From Tubulanus polymorphus (lineage: Eukaryota; Animalia; Nemertea): a DNA stretch of 64,000 nt. Positions within the stretch are counted from its first letter, which is position 1. Each line of letters begins with the position of its first letter. Both the position numbers and the translations under genes were made by a program. Below, piece after piece: positions 1-12,831 of this stretch. The DNA is taken from contig NC_134036.1 in the NCBI RefSeq assembly GCF_964204645.1, positions 8,744,230 through 8,808,229 of the forward strand, in the 5' to 3' direction. The notes beneath the pieces were generated by a model. That model was not told the DNA's origin. It worked only from the letters and a program-made list of their open reading frames with translations, and did no database searches.

Positions 1-2212
1 TTCTATTATTTGATATATACGATCTATCGCTACTAGTTTATAGAAGCTTCGTCGGGTCGCTTCTTTAGACTAGCAGAAAAAACTCGTACTTGCCAAATAG
101 ATAAAGAAAACCCTCAAAGTGCTGCCTATTTTATGTCAATTCAATAGATATTGAGTTAAGACTTAATTTTGAAATATGTTTAAGCGATTTCTATAGAAAA
201 ACAAATCAATTTGCTTGTCTCGAATTTGACAGATAAATTTGAGTGAAAAAATGTTTTCCACTTTGTACTAAGTTCGATTTGCAGATTATCGAATTTCGAC
301 ATTAACCGTTGCATCTTAATATCCGACTTTAAGAGGACCTATCTCGCGATATTGTCCAAAGATTTGACGTCTCCGGGGTCCTGGGATTAAATCCTTGCCT
401 CGGCCGGTGTAAGTTTCATAGTCTAGTATTCTAACTGGTGAGATAAGAAATTCTGGTCCACAGTGATATTCAGGTTTCTGTTTCGCTGATAGGAAGTTTA
501 TTGGGCGCCAGAGTCCTACATTAGGTGTACTGATAATCTTGTCTTTGATTTTTTCAGATGAACAGTTATTTGTGTATTTCCTAATCTGAATATTTCTTAC
601 TAGTACATTGTAACTCAGTCATTCGTTATCATATTCCGACAATGGGGCTGATTTGACATTTCATAGAATCACTGAAAACATACTATAAATTAGAATTGTC
701 TGTGCGAAAATTTCAACAAATAAGTTCCGTGATTGCCAGGAAAATGGGTTTAGTTTACTTAGCGCTTAATAATAAACATTATTCTTTCAATTAAGTGCTA
801 CGATATTTTGAAATGATTAGAATGATATAAAGTCTACATATATTTATAGGGAAAATTAAGAAGAAGCAAGCCGTTTTAACCAGAATAAATTGACCGAAAT
901 TCATTAACCAAAAGAATTGATGTTAAACACGTAGTACTCTTTAGGTAGTCTACATTTATTTGATATATACGATCTATCGCTACTAGTTTATAGAAGCTTC
1001 ATCGGGTCGCTTCTTTAGACTAGCAGAAAAAACTCGTACTTGCCAAATAGATAAAGAAAACCCTCAAAGTGCTGCCTGTCAATTCAATAGATATTGAGTT
1101 AAGACTTAATTTTGAAATATGTTAAAGCGATTTCTATAGAAAAACAAATCAATTTGCTTGTCTCGAATTTGACAGATAAATTTGAGTGAAAAAATGTTTT
1201 CTACTTTGTACTAAGTTCGATTTGCAGATTATCGAATTTCGACATTAACCGTTGCGTCTTAATATCCGACTTTAAGAGGACTTTTCTCGCGATATTGTCC
1301 AAAGATTTGACGTCTCCGGGGTCCTGGGATTAAATCCTTGCCTCGGCCGGTGTAAGTTTCATAGTCTAGTATTCTAACTGGTGAGATAAGAAATTCTGGT
1401 CCACGGTGACATTCAGGTTTCTGTTTCGCTGATAGGAAGTTTATTGGGCGCCAGAGTCTTACATTAGGTGTACTGATAACCTTGTCTTTGATTTTTTAGA
1501 TGAACAGTTATTTCTGTATTTAATTCCTAATCTGAACATTTCTTACTAGTACATTGAAACTCAGTCATTCGTTATCATATTTTGACAATGGGGCTGATTT
1601 GACATTTCATAGAATCACTGAAAACATACCATAATTAGAATTGTCTGTGCGAAAATTTCAACAAATAAGTTCCGTGATTGCCAGGAAAATAGGTTTAGAT
1701 TAGTTAGCGCTTAATAATAAACATTATTCGTTCAATTAAGTGCTATACGATATTTTGAAATGATTAGAATGATATAAAGTCTACATATATTTATAGGTAA
1801 AATTAAGAAGAAGCAAGCCGTTTTAACCAGAATAAATTGACCGAAATTCATTAACCAAAAGAATTGACGTTAAACAGGTAGTACTCTGTAGGTAGTCTAC
1901 ATTTATTTGATGTATACGATCTATCGCTACTAGTTTATAGAAGCTTCATCGGGTCGCTTCTTTAGACTAGCAGAAAAATTCGTACTTGCCAAATAGATAA
2001 AGAAAACCCTCAAAGTGCTGACTGTTTTATGTCAATTCAATAGATATTGAGTTAAGACTTTTTGAAATATGTTTAAGCGATTTCTATAGAAAAACAAATG
2101 AATTTGCTTGTCTCGAATTTGACAGAGAAATTAGAGTGAAAAAATGTTTTCCTCTTTGTACTAAGTTCGATTTGCAGAATATCGAATTTCGACAATAACC
2201 GTTGCGTCTTAA
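1..2212. repeat. Tandem repeat, ~950-bp unit, >2.3 copies (runs off the window start)
   Basis: TTTGATATATACGATCTATCGCTACTAG (or a 1-nt variant) recurs at ~9, ~959 and ~1906, with near-identical sequence between. Confidence 0.95.
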
Positions 2213-5026
2213 AGTGACTTTAAGAGGACTTATCCCGCGATACCGTCCAAAGATCTTACATTAGGTGTACTGATAATCTTGTCTTAGATTTTTTCAGATG
2301 AACAGTTATTTGTGTATTTTAAATTCTTAATTTGAATTTTTCTTACTAGTACATTGTAACTCAAGTCATTTGTTATCATATTCCGACATGGGGGCTGATT
2401 TGAAATTTCATAGAATTTCTGAAAATATACTATAAATAGAATTGACTGTGCGGCAATTTCAACAAATTAATGCCGTGGTTGTTAGGAAAAAAATGATATT
2501 GGTGGAAGCTTCATCTAAATAAAGTAAATCTTCAGAGAACTACCAGTTTTACCTCCATTCAAGTAAAATAAGTAGAAACTTACTAGATTTTAGTTACGTA
2601 CTTAATTCTCCCCTTAATAAGCTGCGTTCGAATTTGATGGATACACGGTGAATCCGCTATTTTCTATCGAACCATAATCATCCGCAAAAAATCATCATGT
2701 TTAATGCCTGCGTCATGTTTTATAACATTTATCATTTCTCTCATTCCGCCGTCATTAGTAGACGGCCTTCTTATAATTATTTTGTTGAATAATGTGAGAC
2801 CCGTTTGTATAACTTGGATGAGTAAATTAAATTAACACAACATTTCAATAATTCCGTGTATAGGAAACTGAAAACATATTTTGTAACCACGATAAATTGC
2901 ACAGTTGCAATGTTTTATGTATAGTTGAGTCAATTTCTTTATTTTGTACACGTTAATTTGATCCCGTATGTACATATCTTTTATTCTGTCCAGCATTATG
3001 CAGTTGTTATATACTATTGTATCTGTTAATAAAGCCAATGAGAGTGAGAGTATTTTTCTAATCTATGCCATAATCATAATGCATTCAGATTATACATACG
3101 GTGACACTTTTCCATGTATATGAACTTGTTGTTAATTTTGTATGATCTTTTTACACCTGGTGTGTACATATTTTATGAAATAAAGACTTATTACGATAAC
3201 CACTTTCGTTGAAAATATTCAGCGTTGTTAGATACAACGCGTGTTTAAAAGTCATGTGTTCATCAATAAATATTATGAATATCAAGAATTATGTAAAATT
3301 AATCAAACATTTGCGCTTATCAAATTGATAGAAATTTCTAATGGTCAATAAATACATTTTTGATACACGTTGAATACTCTCAAATTATCATTGATGTTTG
3401 AACATATGCGATTTCGCACATATTGCAGTGACATTCCTCATCTTATCGTCAAAACGGATTTCTTCAAGAGACACTCTTTTCACCATCAAGATTGGGATTA
3501 ACGCTTATTCGAGGAGCTTATCGATTCACCGCCAAAATTGCGATTTCACGCTTGGGTGCCCCTAGTTTTAGTGCCAAAACAACGATTTCACACTTTTTTG
3601 AGGGACGGCCCTCGTTTTAGTGCAATAACAGTGATTTCCCACTTTTTGGAGGGACGCCCCTTGTTTTAGTGCAATAACAGTCATTTCACACTTTTTTGCG
3701 GGACGCTCCTTGTTTTAGTGCCAAAACCGTGATTTCCCACTTTTTGGAGGGACGCCCCTCGTTTTAGTGCAATAACAGTCATTTCACACTTTTTTGAGGG
3801 ACGCTCCTCGTTTTAGTGTCAAAACCGTGATTTCCCACTTTTTGAGGGACGTTCCTCGTTTTAGTGCCAAAACCGTGATTTCCCACTTTTTTGAGGGACG
3901 CCCCTCGTTTTAGTGCCAAAGCTGTAGTTTCCCACTTTTTGAGGGACGTTCCTCGTTTTAGTGTTAAAACCGTGATTTCCCACTTTTTTGAGGGACGCTC
4001 CTCGTTTTAGTGCCAAAACCGTAATTTCCCACTTTTTGAGGGACGCTCCTCGTTTTAGTGTTAAAACCGCGATTTCCCACTTTTTTGAGGGACGCCCCTC
4101 GTTTTAGTGCCAAAACCGTGATTTCCCACTTTTTTGAGGGACGATCCTCGTTTTAGTGCCAAAGCCGTAATTTCCCACTTTTTGAGGGACGCTCCTCGTT
4201 TTAGTGTTAAAACCGCGATTTCCCACTTTTTGAGGGACGCCCCTCGTTTTAGTGCCAAAGCCGTAATTTCCCACTTTTTGAGGGACGGTCCTCGTTTTAG
4301 TGCCAAAACCGTGATTTCCCACTTTTTGAGGGACGTTCCTCGTTTTAGTGCCAAAACCGTGATTTCCCACTTTTTTGAGGGACGCCCCTCGTTTTAGTGC
4401 CAAAGCTGTAGTTTCCCACTTTTTGAGGGACGCTCCTCGTTTTAGTGCCAAAGCCGTAATTTCCCACTTTTTGAGGGACGTTCCTCGTTTTAGTGTTAAA
4501 ACCGTGATTTCCCACTTTTTTGAGGGACGCCCCTCGTTTTAGTGCCAAAACCGTGATTTCCCACTTTTTTGAGGGACGCTCCTCGTTTTAGTGCCAAAAC
4601 CGTAATTTCCCACTTTTTGAGGGACGCTCCTCGTTTTAGTGTTAAAACCGCGATTTTCCACTTTTTTGAGGGACGCCCCTCGTTTTAGTGCCAAAGCTGT
4701 AGTTTCCCACTTTTTGAGGCACGCTCCTCGTTTTAGTACCAAAGCCGTAATTTCCCACTTTTTGAGGGACGGTCCTCGTTTTAGTGCCAAAACCGTGATT
4801 TCCCACTTTTTTGAGGGACGCCCCTCGTTTAAGTGCCAAAACAGCTTACACTTTTTTTAGAGACGCCCCTGTTTAAGTGCCAAAAAATTTGATTTTACAC
4901 CTTTTTGAGGGACGCCTTCGCTTCAAAACAGCCGCAAAGAAGATGATTTTTCACGAAAAAAAATCATCAAAACAGAATCAAAAAATGTATCTTTTCGGAT
5001 TTTACATTATTTTTTCGGACGAGGTT
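2213..5026 (+). repeat. Left arm of the long inverted repeat
   Basis: Near-identical reverse complement of 9900-12703; inner end ...TTCGGACGAGGTT. Confidence 0.95.
3560..4920 (+). repeat. 48-49-bp minisatellite (GAGGGACGCCCCTCGTTTTAGTGCCAAAACCGTGATTTCCCACTTTTT), about 28 copies
   Basis: Direct reading; matches the 16-aa periodicity of the overlapping spurious ORFs. Confidence 0.97.
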
Positions 5027-5279
5027 GTTACAAATTGTTGCTCAGAATAATAATAATTTCATAAACTAAGGTTCAAACATTCATATAAATGCTCATCATG
5101 ATGATGATTAAGAAACCTTTCTCGCATAAAAAAAATCATATTTACGTAGCTGAAAAAATAGATGTGACAAAAGGGACTAAAAATCTATCTAAATACTGTC
5201 TAAATCTAATACTGCTTAAATTTGTCAGCCAATTTCCAATTTGCAGTAATATTATGGTCACTAATATCCCTTTCTGACG

Positions 5280-6130
5280 CTAGATAGAATCAGCAAGGTC
5301 ATTTTCGGTGCAGCAGAAATACGTATGCATTTCCAGCGCGAACATACGTGGTCCTATTTTTATCTCCCGTTCATTAGAATGCCGGCCAACGATGCACCAT
5401 ATTCGAGGTATGCTACCTGTACTGATTTTTTCTAGCACTTCACGTCCTTTGAAATCTAGACAAGAAAGGAACTCTAGGGTGATAAGCTTTGCAGTTGTAG
5501 CTTTGTCATAATTAAAACCAAGACAATATATATCGTATACCATTCATCGCTGTAGCGGGACAGCGATTCGTCTAACATTCGCTCGAATGAGAAGTCCTAC
5601 TCAAAAGTTTTGTCAAGTTCAATGTGTGACCATTATTCAATGCTATATCCTTGGAAAGATGCACCTACTCTCAGAGTCCCGGTTCAAAGGGTCTCACCTA
5701 CTCTCAGGGTCCCGGTTCTTGTATTATTTTCTTCCTCCTCGTGTACTCTTCCTACCCAGTGACATTGTTACGATCCTGATGTTTTGAAATGTAAGCAACA
5801 ACAAACTTCTTTTGAAACATTGAAAGCATCAACTTTGTGATCCAAGGATCGTACTCTTTTGGCTCATTTGCTAGTTGCTATATCTTTCTAAATCTCGCCT
5901 TTTCGCCAACCGTCGGGTGGCCCCAATGCCGCTATAGACCGAATGCCGCCATAGACCGAAGATTTCGCTGTGGAAATAGTAAACGCTTTCCATTTCACTA
6001 AACGTATCGAGAATGATTAGTCGTCCATTTTGCTCGTGTCGTCCACAATTCTTGCACGCCAGTGTAAAAACCTCGTATTTCCTTTCTCCCTATTTACTGT
6101 CGATTACCCTGTTGAAAATTGATTCCAGCT
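5280..6130 (-). pseudogene. Endogenous viral element: fragment of a Mononegavirales-like L protein (RdRp, N-terminal to motif A)
   Basis: Manual minus-strand translation gives, in the expected order: SEIFGLWRH/WGHPTV (block I GHP motif, ~5910-5970); YSIE*WSHIELDKTFE*DFS...MLDESLSRYSDEWYTIY; IPRIWCIVGRHSNEREIKIGPRMFALEMHTYFCCTENDLADSI (KEREhK..R.F pre-motif A). Stops, frameshifts and small duplications are present. Confidence 0.88.
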
Positions 6131-7389
6131 TTAAACTCGCCGAATACCATAGGCCTATACTTAGCAGGAATGAAACGCATGTGAAAGAAACGTAAACATT
6201 TCGGAAAATTATGCTTTAACAAAATTGTAGTTATTGACATGTTGTATGATTGTGGTGAGTTTTAAGGTCATCGCTTTCTATATGATTTCAAATGTTAACC
6301 AAGGTGTGTTGAATATCGGAATTTTCTGTTGGGCATTTCAAACCATTGGCGTGGTGTCTCTGGACCTCTTAGATTAAATTGAAATCCTAGTGGAGGTTCT
6401 TTCACGAAAAAAAAAATGTTGTACTAACGATTTAACTGATGTTCTATTCATTGACGGATGATATCATACTAGCAATAGCCCTAGTATGAAATGAGAACAT
6501 AACAAAAAATGGAACATAAATGATACAAGTAACCAGACGAATGCAAAATGTGTTTGCAAAGGTTTTACAATAGTTATATGGCAGCTCTACATTGATCCGA
6601 AATTTACCTTGTTTCTCATCAAATCTCCCTTAGCCTAAGCCATGTCAAGGGCAAAATATGGTCATTTTCTGGAGTTTTTTTTAAAGAAAAAAGTTCATTG
6701 GTTCTCAAGGATTCTTTAGTTTTGTCTTCCTAGCACATGGAGGTCATTCATTTATTACGGACGCATGAGGGAGGAGGGTAGGGGTCAATGCAATTGCGTA
6801 TGCAGGCGTGCCGCTACCGCCCCAACTACACACACTTTTTAACAGAATAAAATAGAACATAATAGAATGAAATAATCGAAATTAGCTTGGATAGAAGTTT
6901 TTGAAACACGAATTATTATTCATAATTTAGTTAGCCGACTATCTTTTGTCCTTGTACTGAATGATATGTTGGTCCCCTCTTTTGTTCATCTTTTGCGTGA
7001 AAAACCACATCATGCAGGCCATTCCATTTGCTTTTGTGAATTTTTCTCTCATGCACGATATAAGGGAATTGCTTCACTATTTTTGCTTTGCATGTGTTTT
7101 TAAATATTATTACGTTAACACAGTAGAAGGCCTTTCTTCAGGCAGAAATGTTGCTATATTTGTCGTAACCTGTCCCCTAAATATGGCCTGGTCGCATTTT
7201 GCCCCGAGACACGGAAAGTTAAACGTGCAGCTATTTTTGTCATGTCCCGCTGTGTACATCCTAAACATTTATGTATCGAGTCGACCGCATGTTAACAATC
7301 AGCGGAAAGCCTATAAAAGTCAGGGAAATTGTTTCGTTATCACAATTCTTCAAAACTCATCATCAACATCCGTCAATCTCGAATAAGTG

Positions 7390-8427
7390 TGATCTGGTAT
7401 ATCATTAGGGCTGCGTTTCTTTTTTCGTATTGTTAGTTTGGTTGTGGGTCCAGGATCTCTTTCCGATATTCGTCGACAGAACGGTTGCGCTTGTACTGAA
7501 AATCATTTCTCCAAGAGATCGTAGTTTTGATCGAATCGCCGTCCTGTCATGGTTAGTTTGTCTGCTTCTGTGATATAAACCTTTACGTTCAAGGTATTTC
7601 CAGCCCAGCTCGACGGGAAAACGGACGCTCCGAGGAACACTAGCTTCTTGGCTACTGAATTCGCGTCAGCGTTGTTCAATATGTGTATTGTTGACGCCAG
7701 ACGGCCAGCTGAAGTCTTTGCGTAGATCACATTATTCGGCAGTGAAACACTGATCGATCTATTCGCCGACTCGCTGTTATTTGTGTTAGTGTTAATGCGA
7801 TCGGTATCACCAACACGTCTTACGTCCACCTCCACATAAAGCCTCTTCTTCCTACAATTCCGACAGTCTCCGCAACTACACCGAATGAAAACGTCAATGA
7901 CACGTGGTAGTTTTTCCTTATGATTTCAATGTTACCAGCATATTGGCAGAGCAACTCATTGTATACACATGTGACATAGACTTATAACGACAAGCGCCAA
8001 CATCTTCCTTGCTTGTTGTTTATCGGCATCGCCACGAAATATATCATCGGAATAGTTGGCCTTCATACCTGTGCGGAATTGGCTCTGTCCTAAGTGCACG
8101 GTGTCGGCCAATCGGTCAATTGCATCGCTAGTCTCTTGATAGCCTTCTTCGCACTGGCTCCTCCACTTGTTGCGTACTTGAGGCGCAGACCTAACTCTCT
8201 GAGATCGCCGCCTATTTGCTGTCCTATTGCCCTCTTGATGAGGGGTTCATGAGGCGCCCTGTTGCTAGTACAGTTGGGGTGTCCTACTGGATGGGACCTC
8301 TTGTCCTTTATTACGCAGCCGTTACCGGTTGGACAGAGTTTTGTCTGTTGGGGGGCTCCGATGATCACGTGTTTGTCGGATTGGTCCGCGCGGAAGATAC
8401 GATTGATTGAGATGCGTTTTGTCCCAT
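7390..8427 (-). pseudogene. Degenerate intronless coding-like region of unknown origin (possibly another gene of the same RNA virus)
   Basis: GC-richer than the flanks. Broken minus-strand frames (ORFs 8090-8368, 7503-7835) begin MGQNAS. Same strand as the L fragment and upstream of it. No motif recognised. Confidence 0.3.
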
Positions 8428-9314
8428 ATTTTGTAGTCCGGTGATAATTATGCTATTCTATCGACAATCGACGTGTGATGATTTGGCCTGCTCCTGGTGG
8501 TGCTTGGCTTTCTGTAGTAACACCTGTCTGAATTGTGTATACTGAATGGGGAGCCCCTATGAGAAATGAGGCTTCTGGCCACATACCTTTGTTGGCAACT
8601 GACTGCTGCGGCTTAAACTGTGGCATTTCTGTAACCTAAACAAAGATATATTGCATTTATATCCAATAAACACCTTGATAATCGTGAAGACTCCCTAGCA
8701 CATAATGTTAATGTTCCTTCGTGGTAGATGCCTTTGCCATATTTAAGGTGGAGAAAGAGACGAATCCTTCTTCCAGTTTCATTGGCAATCCATCGGCTGT
8801 GGTTTGGTTATATATACCTTTTCGTGAGCCGGTTTCCGGATTTTGAGGTTTATCTCGAAATCGCATTTTCCTGAGTTTACTCGAAACTTTTTTTCCTGAA
8901 ACAAGTCCTAAGAAAAACACAAATTCAATATGTGTAAAGTTTAACAAGTTATCACTAGGCATCATGTATCAGTAGGCTTTCTTATTCAAATGTATGGATA
9001 GGAAAGCCATGGGAAAGTGAAGGTGGGTCCATTTTAAAAACATAGACTTAGCTAATGATAATGAGTGGTACTAACCATTTTGTCATTTGGCAATAGGAAT
9101 TTGATTAATAACTCTGGACGTTTATTATTCATAGCAACCATTTTTTTTTCTAACCCGTGAGTGGTTGCAATTGTCCAGGCAATAGTTTTATTACCCTAAT
9201 ACTATATTTATCAAGTCCACAATTAAATTTCCATTGAAAAGGATTCGAAGGATCCGACTTCAAAGCGGAGGCTAATTTTTTCTGTTTATTATTCATGAAA
9301 AAAAAGTATTTTAC

Positions 9315-9520
9315 CTGCACTTTCTTTGTCCTCAGCGATCTCCTCCAAATGTGTCCCCTTCACAACAACTAGTTGTCCATTTTGCCACTCGCATGTGCTG
9401 TCTGGTAATCTATAGTATTGTCTGTGCACCTTGATATCATAACCCATGGTCTTTCATATTCAATATCTGTGACATTGAACTGTAATGTCACTTTGAAAAT
9501 CTGTACCACTTGTTATTACC
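9315..9520 (-). pseudogene. Tyrosine recombinase C-terminal remnant (Crypton-like)
   Basis: Translates SMSQILNMKD / MGYDIKVHRQYYRLPDST...KGTHLEEI, resembling the ATxSQILNL...LGHDIRVHREYYRLP...KGKxLDEI tail of animal Crypton-like YRs. Ends at a CAG|GTAA donor at 9315/9314. Confidence 0.65.
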
Positions 9521-9899
9521 ACTGAATTCTCGACAAGTTGTTGTGCCAGAAAGTTCTGCTAGTAGTTGGTGTGTGACTACTTTTTTGACCAATGGTGTTG
9601 ACGGGCTTGTTCATTTGGGTTGTCCTCAGCTTTCTCCTTTCTGAGGGTAATATAAGTTATAACAAGTTTTCTTATACGACCACACTCCTTCCTTATTTTC
9701 TTCTTCTTAGCGTAACATATCCCTCTGCTTTATCGCCCAAACCTCTTTTTGTACACTCTAACTTCAAAACCTTAGACTTATACACTAATTTGTACGTTCC
9801 TCACATTCCTGAACCATTTCCTCACCCGCTTCTAACCTTAACCTATTTGGTATTTTCAATACCCGCTACTTCCATTATACTCCGTCCTGATCCACGTTA

Positions 9900-12703
9900 A
9901 ACCTCGTCCGGAAAAATAATGTAAATTCCGAAAAGATCCATTTTTTGATTCTGTTTTGATGATTTTTTTTCGTGAAAAATCATCTTCTTTGCGGCTGTTT
10001 TGAAGCGAAGGCGTCCCTCAAAAAGGTGTAAAATCAAATTTTTTGGCACTTAAACAGGGGCGTCTCTAAAAAAAGTGTAAGCTGTTTTGGCACTTAAACG
10101 AGGGGCGTCCCTCAAAAAAGTGGGAAATCACGGTTTTGGCACTAAAACGAGGACCGTCCCTCAAAAAGTGGGAAATTACGGCTTTGGCACTAAAACGAGG
10201 AGCGTCCCTCAAAAAGTGGGAAACTACAGCTTTGGCACTAAAACGAGGGGCGTCCCTCAAAAAAGTGGGAAATCACGGTTTTGGCACTAAAACGAGGACC
10301 GTCCCTCAAAAAGTGGGAAATTACGGCTTTGGCACTAAAACGAGGAGCGTCCCTCAAAAAGTGGGAAACTACAGCTTTGGCACTAAAACGAGGGGCGTCC
10401 CTCAAAAAAGTGGGAAATCGCGGTTTTAACACTAAAACGAGGAGCGTCCCTCAAAAAGTGGGAAATTACGGTTTTGGCACTAAAACGAGGAGCGTCCCTC
10501 AAAAAAGTGGGAAATCACGGTTTTGGCACTAAAACGAGGGGTGTCCCTCAAAAAAGTGGGAAATCACGGTTTTGGCACTAAAACGAGGACCGTCCCTCAA
10601 AAAGTGGGAAATTACGGCTTTGGCACTAAAACGAGGGGCGTCCCTCAAAAAAGTGGCACGGTTTTGGCACTAAAACGAGGGGCGTCCCTCAAAAAAGTGG
10701 GAAATCGCGGTTTTAACACTAAAACGAGGAGCGTCCCTCAAAAAGTGGGAAATTACGGTTTTGGCACTAAAACGAGGGGCGTCCCTCAAAAAAGTGGCAC
10801 GGTTTTGGCACTAAAACGAGGGGCGTCCCTCAAAAAAGTGGGAAATCGCGGTTTTAACACTAAAACGAGGAGCGTCCCTCAAAAAGTGGGCAATCACGGT
10901 TTTAACACTAAAACGAGGAACGTCCCTCAAAAAGTGGGAAATTACGGCTTTTGCACTAAAACGAGGAGCGTCACTCAAAAAGTGGGAAACTACAGCTTTG
11001 GCACTAAAACGAGGGGCGTCCCTCAAAAAAGTGGGAAATCACGGTTTTGGCACTAAAACGAGGAACGTCCCTCAAAAAGTGGGAAATCACGGTTTTGGCA
11101 CTAAAACGAGGAGCGTCCCTCAAAAAAGTGTGAAATGACTGTTCTTGCACTAAAACGAGGGGCGTCCCTCCAAAAAGTTGGAAATCACGGTTTTGGCACT
11201 AAAACAAGGAGCGTCTCTCAAAAAAGTGTGAAATGACTGTTATTGCACTAAAACAAGGGGCGTCCCTCCAAAAAGTGGGAAGTCACTGTTATTGCACTAA
11301 AACGAGGGCCGTCCCTCAAAAAAGTGTGAAATCGTTGTTTTGGCACTAAAACTAGGGGCACCCAAGCGTGAAATCGCAATTTTGGCGGTGAATCGATAAG
11401 CTCCTCGAATAAGCGTTAATCCCAATCTTGATGGTGAAAAGAGTGTCTCTTGAAGAAATCCGTTTTGACGATAAGATGAGGAATGTCACTGCAATATGTG
11501 CGAAATCGCATATGTTCAAACATCAATGATAATTTGAGAGTATTCAACGTGTATCAAAAATGTATTTATTGACCATTAGAAATTTCTATCAATTTGATAA
11601 GCGCAAATGTTTGATTAATTTTACATAATTCTTGATATTCATAATATTTATTGATGAACACATGACTTTTAAACACGCGTTGTATCTAACAACGCTGAAT
11701 ATTTTCAACGAAAGTGGTTATCGTAATAAGTCTTTATTTCATAAAATATGTACACACCAGGTGTAAAAAGATCATACAAAATTAACAACAAGTTCATGTA
11801 CATGGAAAAGTGTCACCGTATGTATAATCTGAATGCATTATGATTATGGCATAGATTAGAAAAATACTCTCACTCTCATTGGCTTTATTAACAGATACAA
11901 TAGTATATAACAACTGCATAATGCTGGACAGAATAAAAGATATGTACATACGGGATCAAATTAACGTGTACAAAATATAGAAATTGACTCAACTATACAT
12001 AAAACATTGCAACTGTGCAATTTATCGTGGTTACAAAATATGTTTTCAGTTTCCTATACACGGAATTATTGAAATGTTGTGTTAATTTAATTTACTCATC
12101 CAAGTTATACAAACGGGTCTCACATTATTCAACAAAATGATTATAAGAAGGCCGTCTACTAATGACGGCGGAATGAGAGAAATGATAAATGTTATAAAAC
12201 ATGACGCAGGCATTAAACATGATGATTTTTTGCGGATGATTATGGTTCGATAGAAAATAGCGGATTCACCGTGTATCCATCAAATTCGAACGCAGCTTAT
12301 TAAGGGGAGAATTAAGTACGTAACTAAAATCTAGTAAGTTTCTACTTATTTTACTTGAATGGAGGTAAAACTGGTAGTACTCTGAAGATTTACTTTATTT
12401 AGATGAAGCTTCCACCAATATCATTTTTTCCTAACAACCACGGCATTAATTTGTTGAAATTGCCGCACAGTCAATTCTATTTATAGTATATTTTCAGAAA
12501 TTCTATGAAATTTCAAATCAGCCCCCATGTCGGAATATGATAACAAATGACTTGAGTTACAATGTACTAGTAAGAAAAATTCAAATTAAGAATTTAAAAT
12601 ACACAAATAACTGTTCATCTGAAAAAATCTAAGACAAGATTATCAGTACACCTAATGTAAGATCTTTGGGCAGTATCGCGAGATAAGTCCTCTTAAAGTC
12701 ACT
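9900..12703 (-). repeat. Right arm of the long inverted repeat
   Basis: Reverse complement of 2213-5026, including the same deleted variant of the 950-bp repeat unit at its outer end. Confidence 0.95.
10010..11360 (-). repeat. 48-49-bp minisatellite, inverted copy
   Basis: Reverse complement units of the 3560-4920 array, with a different variant order and two shortened units. Confidence 0.97.
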
Positions 12704-12831
12704 TTAAAATTTGCGCATAACGAGTTTCGGAAATGAATTCTGTTCCTTGAGAAGAATAACGTTGACTTTTTCGAGGTAAAATGTTAGAATAATTTCTATA
12801 CGAGCACGTTATTTATTTACGCTGGTTTCAG

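Larger units (their letters stand above)
2209..12707. mobile_element. Foldback-like structure: two ~2.8-kb inverted arms around a 4.9-kb cargo, bounded by TTAA
   Basis: 2209-5026 is the reverse complement of 9900-12707. Outer ends read TTAA|AGTGAC...GTCACT|TTAA. No intact transposase seen, so element status is inferred. Confidence 0.6.

Noticed and set aside
4061-4860. Many overlapping repetitive ORFs (ALKRGASLKK...), also at 10066-11056
   Set aside because: Artefacts of a stop-poor 48-bp minisatellite; open in several frames on both strands.
3560-4920. Minisatellite as a CRISPR array
   Set aside because: No unique spacers, no cas genes, eukaryotic context.
6961-7386. 141-aa plus-strand ORF inside the inverted-repeat cargo
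   Set aside because: No recognisable motif, non-coding-like composition.
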